This document shows, piece by piece, positions 26,601 to 39,353 of a DNA stretch of 64,000 nucleotides. Below the pieces are notes generated by a model. The model had not been told where the DNA came from, did not search any database, and saw nothing but the letters and a program-made list of their open reading frames with translations. The number at the start of each line of letters is the position of its first letter. The stretch's first letter is position 1. Source of the DNA: Protoeuglena noctilucae. Its lineage: Eukaryota. Location of the stretch: NCBI GenBank assembly GCA_958009085.1, contig OY253681.1, positions 558,001 to 622,000 of the forward strand. Reading direction: 5' to 3'. Position numbers and translations under genes: made by a program.

Positions 26601-29600
26601 CCTGCTCGACCAGACGCGACTCCTGGGCCAGTCGCTGCGCCAGGGCGGCGTCCAGGCCCTCGGGCGGGGTAGCGCCCTGGGCCAGCGCCAGCATGGGCAT
26701 GAGGCGGCCGAAGGTGGCGGAGGCGTAGGCGCGCATGTCGGGTTCGGGGTCGGACATGCGCGCGAGGAGGGGGGTGAGTAGCAGGGGGCTGTACGGCACC
26801 AGGTGCTGCGACGAGGCTGCCAGTAACGCGGTCAGACCCACGCCCCCACGGCGCGCGGCGGCGCTCGTCATGTCCGACATGACCGCAGGGATGGCCGCCA
26901 GGAGGTACGGGAGGACTAGGCGCGGGTGGCTGTCCGTGAGGGCCGCCAGGGCAGACGCCGCCGTGTCTCGCACGACCTGCGGCCAGCGTCCATCGACAGG
27001 CCAGGGTGGGTCGCCTGCACATCTGGAGTATCTATGATCGCCGCGCTTCTCCACGCACCTGCATCTCGTGCTTCAGGCACCGCAGGGCCTGGCCAAGCGT
27101 GGGCAGTGACCCCTGGACCAGCGCTGCACTGAGCGCGGCTGCCACGACGCGGAGGAGGTGCAGGGCGTCGAGGAGCGGCTGGACGGGGCCTGCGATGTGG
27201 GCGAACGGGGTAGGAGCGTGGCGGGACCAGCAGGGAGTGTGTGCGTGAGTGGTGTTGCTGCGCTGCTGACCCTCGCACCTGCCAAGAGGTCCTCAGGCGA
27301 CCGGCCTGGCGCAAGAGGACCCGTCAGACGCTCCCAGAGCGGGCTAGCGTGGATCGGCAGCTCGGCACCGAAGCGAGTGCACAGGGCACGCAGGGCCTCC
27401 TGGTCCCCCGACTTGGACCGCCACTGCCCGCCTGTCCCTGCGTCGATGCGACAACACCCTGTCGATGCATGCTGACAGCAATCGCAGCTTCAAATTCCCA
27501 AGTGGAGCTTCTTGCCAGCTCGCGCCCCTCACCTGCCGACGCTTCGCCGTTCGCGTCGCTCCCCTCCACGGCGTCGCCCTCCTGCGTGCCAGCCGGCGCC
27601 CCGGCTCGTGGCGCCTGCGTGGCTGTGCACGCCAGCTCGCAGACGTTGGCGATGATCTTCGCGTTGGGGCTCTTGGGCCGCGTGGAGCACTGGCTGACGA
27701 GCACCGCCAGTGCAAACGCCACATGCAACGCGAGCGTGGGGTCCGGCTCCCGGCGCACGGATGCCATCAGGGGCTGCGGACAGGTGGTGACCAGGTTGCC
27801 ATTCGAGCTTACGTGCTGCACCCCAACGCACAAGCTGGAACAGAGAGATCCACCCTCGCACACAGCCTGCTGACGCAGTACATCTGGTGCCCATGCCCCA
27901 CGCCGCTTCCTCGCCTGGATCAACGCATTGAGCTTCACGGGGAGCTCCCCGGCCACGACTGCTGCCGCTGCCAGCATCCCCGCCGCAGACACCGCCTGTG
28001 ACTCCAGCGCCGCGGCTGCCGTGCGTGCCGTGCCCAGCACCCGGTCCCACACGCGCACCGCCTGGGCCGCGGATGCTGCGCGGTCGCCGCCGGAGCTGGC
28101 CAGCGAGGCCAGGGAGGCGGGCGGCCCCGGCTCCAGGACTCGGAGCGCCAGCCGCGGATCAGGGGCGGCCAAGTCCAGCCCTTCCACCAGCGCCATGGGA
28201 CACCCCAGGGACTGGCACAGCCCGGACAAGGCCTGCATCTCCATCGACAGCACGCGAGTGTGCCCCTGGAGCTCCGGGCACAGCCCCCAAGGCCCAGACA
28301 CAGCGGCGAGGACGGCCGAGTGCATGGCGCCCACCTCCGGGACGTCCGCCAGGGTCCCCGAGGGACGCGAGCGTGCCCAGATCGTCTGCGCAGGCACAAA
28401 CCAGAACAAGCTTTCCATATTTGGTCGAACAACACAGGGAGGGCGCTCGGCGACGCTCCGACCCCTCACCAGCAGCAGGGACGCTGCAATCTTGGGGCTC
28501 CATGCTGCCCCCCTCAGCGCACCCCCCACGGTCGACGCCACCGCTTCCCGCAGAACCCTCTCCTCCCCCGGACAGCCCCCCGCATCCGCCATCGCCACGA
28601 TCGCCTCCGCCACCGCCACCGCCGCCTCCATCGGGGCGCGGGCCCCAGAGCCCACCTCAAAGCCACGCCCGCAGCGCCCCATGCTACCCGAGCAGGCGAG
28701 GAAAGACTCGGCCAGGTCCTGCCCTACCACGGACCCTCGCGGCAGGGACATGAGCCCGAGCCACCGGGGCAAGCGCTTTGCCACGTCCGCGGGCGCCCCC
28801 GCCGTAATGCTGACGGCACCCGCTAGGGCAGGCACTGTGCCTGCCGCAGCACGCACCACCTCCGCCTCTTGCTCCGTCGTCAACACCTGCACAAGTGCCT
28901 GGCCGATGGTACCGAGGACCCCCGGCAGCCACCGCTTCGTGACAGCGCTGCCAGGCGCGACGGGGCGCTCCAGCAGGCCCCTGAGGCACGACAGGGCGGC
29001 CAAGCGGACGGAGACGATGTGATGGAAGCAGAAGGGAAGCGTGCGGGGCAAGAGGGACGCGCGGTCCAGCTCCGGCACGTGGCCGAACGCGTGCATGTCG
29101 CCGAGGGCCATCATGGCGCTGGCTGGGAAGGAGTTGAGCTCGTCCTCTATCGCCAGGGCTCGCTCGAGCTGCGGAGAGAGCGCGGAGGCAAGTGCTCATG
29201 CGGAATGGTGGCGACCCCTTGTGGGTCTGGTCAGCCGTCCAGCAGGCGCTCACCGCTGCCACCACGCGCTTCAGGTATCCCGCGGCCCTCGGCCGGAACA
29301 AAGCTGGCAGGACCGGCTTCAGGCACTGCGCCGCCACCGCCTGACACATGTCCGGGTCCCGCTCCAGCCCTGCAGCCACCGCCCCCAGCACCGCATCTAC
29401 CGCGGATGCCATCCCGTCAGCCGGCGGGCCACCCCCGCCCTGACCCGCGAAGCCCTCTTCTGCCTTCACAGCACCCTGGCCGTCCCCCACCGGCCCGCTT
29501 GCGCCCGTGTCCGCGCTTAGGAGCGCAGCCTGCACGGCTGCTCCCACGTACTTGATCCCCAGCAGGCCCCCGTGCTGCGTCTCCCAGCCCTCGCTGACAC

Positions 29601-31900
29601 GCGCCGCCATCTGCCCCAGCTTGAGCAGCAGCTGCTCCAGCTGATCGCGCTCCAAGGCCCGGGCGACCACCCCCAGGGCCTGGGCTGCCGTCTCGCTCAC
29701 TGGGGCGGTCACCTGCGACGTGGGACCGGACCACAGGGGCTGTCACAGGTCATGGCCATCTCCCAAACCATGCTAATTGGCCAGAGCCAGGCACGGGCAG
29801 CAGCGACAGACGCCACTTGTACATTGCGCCATGCCACGCCCAGGAGCACTCGCCTGGGAGTCCTGGATGTCCGTCAGCCTGTCGATGGCCAGAACCACGC
29901 ACAGCCGCACAACGCAGTTCTCCATCCACACTCGGTGGCGGCGGGCCTCCTCCGCGGCCATGGGGGCGTCGGAACCGTGCGCAAACATCAGCCCCGGCCC
30001 TGCGTGATGGGTAACAAGGGTGCAATCGCATCTAACAGCCCCATCACAGGGCGGCACGTGAATAGAGGTGGTTATATATGCTGATACAACTCACCATCTT
30101 CCTTCTTCACGGCCCTCGCCGCTCTCTTCCCCGCTTCCGCGCCTGCCGGCTGGGCGTCCCATGCATGTCGGCTGGCCCCACACCCCTTGGCGTGCCATGT
30201 GAGGATGTCCCGCAGTGCCGCAGCTGCCCCGTGGCGCACCTCCCAGCACGGATCCAGGAGCGCATGGTGGAGTTCGTTGCACAGCGTCTGGAAAGGCCAT
30301 CGCCCTGCCAGGATGGCCTGGTGCTCCTGCATGCGATGCAAACCAAATGGCATCCAGCAATCACTTAAAGCCCGCTTTACAAATGCAACGGCCTTCTCCC
30401 CATCTCGTCACCTTCGCTGAGTCCACCTCTGCGCCAATATTGCCCCAGATGAAACCGTCGTCTCCAGGCACATCCTTGCCACCATCTGCACCCTTCTTCC
30501 ACTTCCCTGCGCCAAGGACATGCAGATCGAGCTTCGATGGCCGCAGCCCACGACTCCGGAACGCAACGGACGATTGACAGGCGACAACACCGCCGCCACC
30601 CGCCTGCCGTGGCGACCATCGTGCTCGTGGCAGCCCTGCGCTTCAGCCTCGCCCGCTCGCGCGTCGACATCTGCAGGGCTGACTGCGACATAAACACGCA
30701 GGAATGAGCGTTCATCACCGTCTGCTCATCGCCTAGTACCCAGGCCATGACAGATCAGCATCGGGTATGCAGAGCATCATGCCACAGTTGTGCCCCACAC
30801 TGCGCTCGGCATTCCGAGGCCGGAACCCCACCTGCAAGGCGTCCGCAGCCCCGCCCTTCTCCTCCTCCCCGCCCGTGTCTGCCGCCTCGTCCTCCCGCAT
30901 CACGTCCTCCTCCCCCACCCCCACGATGTCTGCAGGCATCGACAAGTGACCATGGCCCCTCGCACTGCACCCCACCTCTACTCCCACCTGATTTAATCCC
31001 CTCTCGCCTTGAATCCCCAGCGTGCTGTCCAGGTCCTCCAAATCCAGCTCTCGCAGCAACCGCCTCCGCAGCTGACGCTTGCGTTCCGCGGGCGGCAGGG
31101 ACCGCAGGGACCGCTCCCAGTCGCTCTGCTGCTTCATAGGACCCTTCACGAGCTCGATGCCGCTCCCGACGACGGCGTCCACGTCAAAGCCCGACAGGGT
31201 CAGCAGCTCCCCATCGTTCGCAGGGTCGGACGGGCTCGGCCCATTCGACTCCGCATCGGGACCGCCCGCGCCACCCACGGAGGGCCAGAGGTCGACCGTG
31301 GGCGGGTGGGGGAAGAAGCGGGCCATGAGGCCCAGGGCATCGGCGGCAGCCATGCGCGTGTCCCAGTCCCGGTGGCACAACAAGGGCGCGATCCTCCACT
31401 GGAAGGACATCAGGTGGTCCGGCGACGAACGGCACAGCTCCGCGAGCTGGCGGCCCGCCTCACGCTTGACATCCGCGGTCGTGCCCTCTGGGGGAAAGCA
31501 GCATCGGCGGTCGGTCAAGGTCGCCACTCCGGGGAGCCCACGCGCTGCGCATGAGGCAGTCCCTACAGTCGCCAGCCACCGTCGGCATGTGAGGAGACTA
31601 CGCATGCATTGGGCGAGTCCCCAGGGCTTCGAAAGACCCCGAGGGAAGGAGCACGATCCAAGGGAAGGGGCGCCTGACTGTTTGCGCGAGTCGTTGCGAG
31701 AGGACAGCAGCTCTTCGCGTTATCAAACACATCACCAATTCGCCACGATGAGCAGGGGATCGAAAAGCCGGCGATGGGCCTCTATAAAGCAGGCCCAAAC
31801 CTACCGCTGCCTCTTGGACGCTAGGCGCTTCGAAGCAGCACGCACCCGTGAGGACGCGCACCAGGCGCTGTACGCGCGTGCCACCCTTAGCTTCAGACAT
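23655..31900 (-). CDS. BTAF1: TBP-associated SNF2 ATPase BTAF1/MOT1, multi-exon
   Basis: N-terminal [44 protein letters not shown]; helicase [103 protein letters not shown]. Confidence 0.95.
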
Positions 31901-32265
31901 TTCGGTGACGCGCGGCAACTACGGTCGTCAGGGCCGGCATGACGTCGGCGTCCCTGCTGGGGATGGCGCTGTGCCCGCGCTCCAGACAGCGACTTGGAGA
32001 CTTGTGCGGATACCTGATGCTTTAGCATTCCCGCTGGCGAGCACAGGGCGTCTGGCAAGGTGTGATGTCGGTGTCTGGCAAGCCGCAGATCCCCGATCCT
32101 CATTCGCCCGCGAAAGCGGTATGCAAACGAGTTCGCGGACATCTGCAACTGTCAGCTGGGAAGGGAAACAAGCTTGGAAACGCATAGATTGCAGTGTGGT
32201 CCACGTCTGGCCCTGCGCGTCTGCGATCTCGACACCGGTCGCTCAGCGGTCTCGTCGTGTGCACG

Positions 32266-34354
32266 ATGGGAAGTCCTGGCGACTTCCCGTTGCGAAGGGC
32301 GCTCGATCATGCCCGCATGGGCTTGGAGGCGTCGGTTGCGAGGGCGGTCGCTGCAGGGCAACGGTGCGTCTCGCCGGCGTGACCGACGTCCGTGCATGCG
32401 CTGCCTCGTTCACGTTCTATATTCCAGGCACTCGATCCTGGTGTGGGCATGCTTAGTGAGGCTCCTACCGGCCCTCGCCAGGGTTGCACGGCGTGCAAGC
32501 AGGTACCACGGCCTTCCTTCGGCGCAGTCTTGCCATGGATGCTTCTCGACGGATCGACGAAGCGTGCTGCAGCTTGTGCGCGGGGCTGGCGAGCGTCGCA
32601 GACGACTTGATGCGCCGACTCCCGCAGCCGCAACGTCTGGGAGCGCTGCCTCATGCACTGGTGAGGGCAGGTCGGCTTGGTCTCCGCCTGGGAAGCAGCT
32701 GACGTGGAAGTTGCGCTCGTAATTGACTGGATGGGTATTGAGCGACGGCCCGACAGGGCCGGCCCAGGTGTCGTTGCTCAGCATCGCCTGTGCCGGCTTC
32801 CCTGCAGCCCTCCCCGGCATCGGTGACGCTGGCCTCCCAGCGACTCAATCCTTGCGTAGGAGACGTCGCTCTCGAGCCCGAATTCATCCGCTCCCGCCTC
32901 CAAGCCATCAGCGTCTTCACGGTCGTGAACGCCGAGTCGGGTGAGCCACGGCTGCGCCTGTGCCACTGGGAGCTGGGAGAGGGGGCCAGGGAAAGACTGA
33001 GGCGAGGGGGGCGCATGAGCGCAGAATTGGTCATCGTATATTCCGCCTTGAGGCACCCACAGAGTTCGTGCTCATCAGCGGCGAGGAGAATGCCAACCAA
33101 GCGGGGCCGCAGCTGGGGCTCTTCTTCTTCAGGCGGGTAGCGTGGCCGCAAGTTGATCCGCGGCTATGCTTGCGACGCATATGAGCTCCGTTACACCTTG
33201 CTGCTGCACTCGTGCCCTCCGCAGGCAGCGGGATGCCGAGTCCCTGGTGGAGTCGATCGCGGAGGCGGCGCCCTCCCTGGCCAAGACGACTCGCATCATC
33301 AAGGTCTCCATGGATCGCGTTTACGATTTCCTGCGATCGCCGGACGCCGCGGCACTCAAGGATGTGGGGTTCCGGCTGGTCCCGGACCTCACAGAGGTGA
33401 TGCGCGCTGGCAACAGATTGCAGAGGCTGCTGGACGAGATGGGGGCGGCTCTGGACTGGGACTGTCGACATGCGGCATGCGCGGAGAGCTTCTCCGTTCC
33501 TGCTAAACATGCAGGTCAGCTGTGCTCTGAGCATGACGGCCGGGCCCAATGCCTCGCCCACGATGTCCTTCCAAGGGGTGCCCCTCTTCCAGGCAGAGGG
33601 CTTGTCCGTCAAACAGGGAGGATCAAAGTACTACCCCTTGTTCCTGTCCAAGGCGAGGAGTTTGGATGACTGTCAGATGGGGTGGCATTCGATGGGCGCT
33701 TGGATTGTCTTTGAGCGAGACCGGCGCGGCGAGCTTCTGTGGACATGCGCTCCTCCGCAGACGGACTTGGATGTGGCGGTGCGGTCGGCGCAGGACACGC
33801 GGCTGCTGGGGCGCATCAAGCAGCAGGAGGAGAGGGTGAAGGACATCCGGTGAGCGGAGGGGGGCCTGGACTTGTGCCACTTTGCGAGTGGGTAGTCCTC
33901 GAGGGTTCCCACGTTCGATATATGACCGTTGTCCTCATGGCCGTCGATTCCAGGGCGGAGATCGACAAGCTCAAGGCGGACCACCGGCGGGCCAAGAACG
34001 AGCGCCAGAAGAACCGTTTCGCGATCAAGCTCGAGAAGGCGGAGCTGAGGTTCAAGAAGGCGGAGAAGCGGCTCAGGGACACGCGGGCGAGGCTGAGCCC
34101 ACCCAAGGCGAGGCAGGACGGGGGGCGGCTCGCATGGCTTCCTGTCCGTGCCATGCAGCTCGGGCCATGCCTGTTGGGGAAGTTATGCACTGCAGGTGGA
34201 AGTGGGGATCCTCGAGGACGTCATCAGCCGCATGGAGCAGGACACCTCGGGGGAGTGGACCGGGGTGATGTTCGTGCCTCCCGGGCAGCTGAGCACGCGG
34301 AGGGACGCCGCAGGGCAGCGGGCCAAGGGGACGACGTTGAAGATTGCCGCATGA
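32266..34354 (+). CDS. TIC22: Tic22-family chloroplast intermembrane-space import chaperone
   Basis: IRSRLQAISVFTVVN..EFVLISG...LGLFFF..DAESL, VSMDRVY, FRLVPD, FQGVPLFQAEGLSV....YYPLFLSK-TDLD, KVEVGILEDVISRME....W..VMFVPPG. Start approximate. Confidence 0.9.
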
Positions 34355-34359
34355 GCTTG

Positions 34360-37197
34360 TCAGCGCCTCGGCCAGAAGGGCACGGCCCGGCTCAGCAACC
34401 GCGGCACCAGCTCGCTCTCCGGGTCTGCCGCGCGGTAGGCTTTGAGCTCTTCGACGCCTCTGCGGGCGCGGTGCGGTGAGGGGACGTGAAGGTTGCGCGT
34501 ACATTGAATGGATGTCGTGTTACCGTGCAGGGCCTGCCACGGGGGCCACTCACGCATAGATCGACTCCTGCACCGCCTGGTACGCTGCGGCACAGCGACT
34601 GGGGTCCCTGGCTGCCCCGAGCGCCAAGGGATCGATGGGGGGGCGGAACGTGAAATACAGGCGCTTGGGGCTGGGCACGGGCACGGGCGTCAGAAGCGGC
34701 GTGCCCCTCAGGCGCGTCAGGGGCGGCACCACCTGCGCACATCCCCCTAAAGGGCTGTTTGCAAGGCGCATGCATCCGTGCGTCCGTGGCGCCATCCCGC
34801 AGCGCCCGCAGCTCACCTCGTCCAGTGACTTGGCGAGGTCCGGGAACAGCCTTTCGTAGACCGACTGCACCAGCGGCCCCGTGAGGGGGTTCTCGAGGAT
34901 CTCTGAGGTGTCCATGCCGAGCTCAAAGGCCTCGTCGCCACCCAGGGCCGCGAAGGGCACGATGACGGCGTTGGTCCGCGCCGCCAGGCGGATTAGCCCG
35001 GGCTGCTCGGACCAGAACAGCCGATACTCCTCCCCCTTCCGCTTGTTCACCTCCCTCGCGCCCCCCGGGAAGAGCAGCACCGCCTCCCGCGCTTTCAGGA
35101 GGCGCGCGAGGTTGGTTGCCGAGGCCGGCACCGCCCCGAACTTTTCAAAGAGCGGCCCGAGAGGACCGAGCCAGTGGCCGGGGTGGGCCACGCTCCGGAG
35201 ATCGGTGCCGCGGCGGTGCATCTCCAAGACGAGCAGCGGTGCGTCATAGAACTGCGGAGGGAAGCAAGAAGGTCTAAGCGACACAATATGTGACCCATCC
35301 ACTCACGCAATAGCTCACTCCTGCCCTCACCCCAAACAGCGTGTGGTTGCCCACGAACAGCACCCCGCGCCCTCCCCCGGGTGCCAGGCGCGGGAGATGC
35401 TCCTCCCCCAGCACCACGGGGTCCGCTGCCAGCCGCAGGGGCCCGAGGATGGACTCCCACTGCGCCCAGTCCGCCTCCGTGGCCCGGGGCACCCCCGTCA
35501 GACCCTCATAGCGCGGCTGGCCTGCACCCGTCTGCCGCACCCGGGACCCTCCTTCTGCCTTGGCACGCGACACCTGCACCTCGTCGCTTGCCACACCACC
35601 TCCCGCCACGGCCCCATTCACACCCCTCTCCACATCTCCCGGGCCAGCTCCCCGATCGACTCCCGCGGATGCCACTGCGGCATCGCCCCGGGCTCGCCTG
35701 CCCGCAGTCCCGGACCCCGTGTGCCAGGCGCCGCGCGTGGCAAGCCCCATCCCGCCCCCCGCCACCGGCGAGCTGGCACGCGTCCCCCGCCCCGTCGTGC
35801 TCGGCGCGGAGACCGAAGTGCTGGCCGCTCGCAGCGCAGGCATTGCCTCTTTTTCTGGGACAAACCTCCATGCGTCTAAAATCGCAGCGAGGTCCACCCC
35901 CCTCTCGAGGAGCGGCGCGTGGGCGGAGTTGGACAAGATGTGCCGCGTGCACTGTGGCATGGCGCGCACCAGCCGGGAGGACTCTGCCAGGGAGGGGAAG
36001 AGGCGGTCGCAGGCCGAGGCCACGATGAGCGTGGGGTGGGCCACGGTCGCAAGCTCAGCATCACTGAGAGCAGGAATGGCGGCGTCGTGAGCACGGCACA
36101 AACAGCTCACACGCGCGCACCTCGGCATGCCATGAGGTGCAGCGGCTGCACCTGACGGTTGCACTTTGCAGGAGGCGCAGTCGCCACGCCGCGGCCCCTG
36201 CCGCCCCGCTCGGCACCGACTGCGCTCCCATCGCCATGGCCACGCGCATGGAGCTCGAGGACGTCCCTGCACCCGCATCCATGCTCATCATCCTCTGCAA
36301 CATGTCCCTTGCGTCATGGTCCACCCTGCTCTGGTCTGCAAAGATGATACGCATGCGTCTCTTGGTCCAGTCATGTCATCCGGGCAGTGCCGTCCAAGCC
36401 TTGGTACGCCGAGGAAGAGCTCACCAACAAGCAATGGCAGAAGAGCTCCCTGCGCTAGGCTGAAGAGCTCATCCGTAAACGCTCCCAGGAGCCCAGTGCC
36501 CGCCACCAGGCTCGGCAGGCCACCCAGCGACTGCCGAAAGCTGGTGGCGGGGTTGACGAGCACGAGGCGGTCGAAGAGGCCCCGGTCGCGCAGGGACACC
36601 TTGAGAGCCAAAACGGCGCCAAAGCTCTCGCCCACGCAGACCACCTCGCTGGGCTGCAGGAGCGCCACCTCCGCGCGCACGAGCTTGGCCGTGCGGTCGA
36701 CCAGCGCATCCCATCCGGACCTGTCGCTAGCTGCGATTCGCAGCGCGCGGACTGCAAAGCCTGCCTCGGCGAGGCGGGCCGCGTGCGCACTGCGGACAGA
36801 GTAGCACAGAGCTGCGCATGAAGCGCACGTCTGCTACATCGGAACGGGCAGCCGCAGCTCACTGTATGATGGCGCACCGGATGGCAAGGCCCGTGCCGTC
36901 CATTCCCGGCAGGAACAGCAGCAGTTTGCTGTGTGGGCCAGAAAACCCGTCCACCGTGACGAGCTCAACCGATCCATGAGCTCGAACTTCGGTCCACATC
37001 TCTTCATCGCGCACTCGGGAGCGTATGGCGGTTTCGACGGTCCCCCTTCGGGGCCGGGTGCGCCTGGGGAGGCCAGCGTTGCATTCCGAGGTCGTTCGGG
37101 GTCGGAAGACACGCTGGAGCTGGGAACCCAGAGGACGCGTTTGAAGGGTGCCGGAAGTAGCCGGAGCAGTTGTCGATGGAAGCGAAGGCTGCCTCAT
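34360..37197 (-). CDS. PES: Phytyl ester synthase / ELT family (alpha/beta-hydrolase + DGAT2-like acyltransferase)
   Basis: LLLFLPGMDGTG, CVGESFGA (GxSxG), LVLVNPATSF, VLFVGNHTLFG, VLLFPGGAREVNKRKGEEYRLFW, IVPFAALGGDE; transit-peptide-like N-terminus. Confidence 0.9.
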
Positions 37198-37460
37198 GGT
37201 GCTGGTGGCCCTCGTGTCCCCCGGCGAACCAGGCGACCTGGCGCGGAATCGCCGTTGCACGGCCTCCAGCCTCAACGCTTGTTCCAACACCGTCGATGTG
37301 TACACGATACGCGTGACAAGTCGACAATGCGCCACCAGCTCCAAAACTGGCAAGATTTTCACCAGAGACAACACCACATCGCTGTGCAAATGGCTTTGCC
37401 TACCATCCACGCATCACTCTTAACGCATCCCATGTCGCGTAGGATGAAGAGGCCGCGAAC

Positions 37461-38906
37461 ATGGGGGACCTGGTGTCCGACGGCAGGGTGCACGTCTGGG
37501 AAGGCGCGCTGGATGGCGAGGCAGCCGTGCTGCTGCGGCGCGAGGCTATAGACATCGCAAAGGTGCGTGAGGGGTGATCTTGGCAAGTATCATCCTACCC
37601 ATCTGTGGCGGCTGCGTTTTAAGCGTGCGATACGGTCGTGGCAATCGCAGTGCCCGAATTTCTGGACCCCCCGGGATGTCCTGGAACGAGCATGTGCCGC
37701 CATGGACGCGGGCGAGGCCCCCGACGCAGCGCTGACCAGTGCAGAGGTGGCGATGGCCCACCTCCTCGCCCTCAAGCGGCCGTTGCTCGAGGGCGTGGCG
37801 TGGAAGGGGGTCGAGTGGTGGGCGCAGGTGTACGAGCCAGGGAAAGGGCTGGCTTTCCATTTTGGCAAGTAGCACGACCATAGCCTGCCTGTGGCTGGCT
37901 GAGGTGCCTTCCTGTGCCCTCGTTTGAGCTGCCCCGCACCGGCCCTACACGCAGACAAGGACGAGCAGGCGCTGGAAGAGAGGGGCGAGATGCGCTTTCC
38001 GCGCTGGTCAAGCGTCCTTTACCTGACGGGCGACCCCACCGACGCGGCGTCGAGCCAGCGCCAGGGGCCCACGACCATCATCGACCAGCGGCTGTGCGAC
38101 GGGGAACCGGAGCCGCTCAATCCGCATGCCTGCGCCCTTGTGTTCCCGAGGCGAGCACCGCGCTAGGCAAGGGTTGGTGCTCGGCAGCCCAGTGGCACTT
38201 TCATCACCAGCGTTGCCGTGCATGGACGCAGTGCGGGACAGTTCTGCGCTTTCGACGGGAGACTGGCACACGGTGTGTTGGACTCGGGAGAGCCTTCTCC
38301 CCGACTGACTCTCCTCGTCAACTGGTGCGCATGGCTCTGCTGTGGAGCGGTTCAAGGCACCCACGATGAATTGATGGCAGATGTCTGCCCGACTTGTACC
38401 CTCTCTGCAGGTGGGAAGAGCAGCCCCGGGGGATCTCTGGGGTCCCAGGGCCGTCCGAGGAGCGAAGTGGGCGGGCAGAAGACTCAGATGACGGCACGTC
38501 GCCTGAGGTTAGCACCTCCTCCCAGGACGAAGGCGGGGAGGAGTCGCAAGGTCGTGAGCGGTACTCGCGGGTGGGCGGGGACGCGAGCGCGGCGTCGAGA
38601 CTGAGCCGAGGGCAGATGCTAGGCCGAGGGGCGTGCAGGAAAGCAGGTCACTGCCACGTGGCCCTCGCCACGGCTTTCGCGCGACTGGGAGACGTCCCAC
38701 CTGAGGCAGCCCTTCCCGTGGGGATGCTAGCCAAGGCCTGCGGGGCCAGACTTGTTGGGGAGAGCGCTGTGAGCGTTCTGACCATCGCCCATCCGGAGTG
38801 TGTGCTCTTCCCTCTCGACTCCGAGCAGGCGGCGGACCATGGGGTGGGTGCCGTTCTCGTCCCCGCTAGCGCTGTCGGATCCTTTTCTGATACCGATTCG
38901 GATTGA
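37461..38906 (+). CDS. Uncharacterised 2OG-Fe(II) oxygenase
   Basis: GVEWWAQ...GLAFHF-DKDE (HxD), SSVLYLT, GPTTIIDQ, FDGRLAHGV (distal His), RLTLLVNWW (Arg). Start approximate. Confidence 0.8.
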
Positions 38907-39353
38907 AAGCCGCGCCGGCTAAAAGAGGCGGACAAAATCGATACACGGGTCACTGGCGCAGGAACCTGCGGCAGTCTTTCCGAGGCAGCAAGCCCCGGGA
39001 CGAGCGCGGCAAACAAGGGGTGGGACATATGCAGTCGCTGTGTGACGGCGCATGCGACAGGGCATTGCGAGTCACTGCAGCGCGCAGGGTTGGGCATGCA
39101 AAAGCAAAATGGCGCGGGGTCACGTGTCGCAACTTTTGCAAGATGGATGTGAACACACTGCGGCTCATCAAGCGAGAACCGCGCCTGCGCCTCCCGTAAC
39201 AAGTGGAGTCGACGACAGCGGTTCCGCGGAGGCGCGGCCCCGGCGGCCATGCGACCGTGGCCGTCACTGCTGACGTCCGCGGGCCACCTGGCCCCCGGCA
39301 GAGGCCTGGGCCCAGCGCCTCCCGCAGGCCGCCGCTCATCTCGGCGTCTTATC

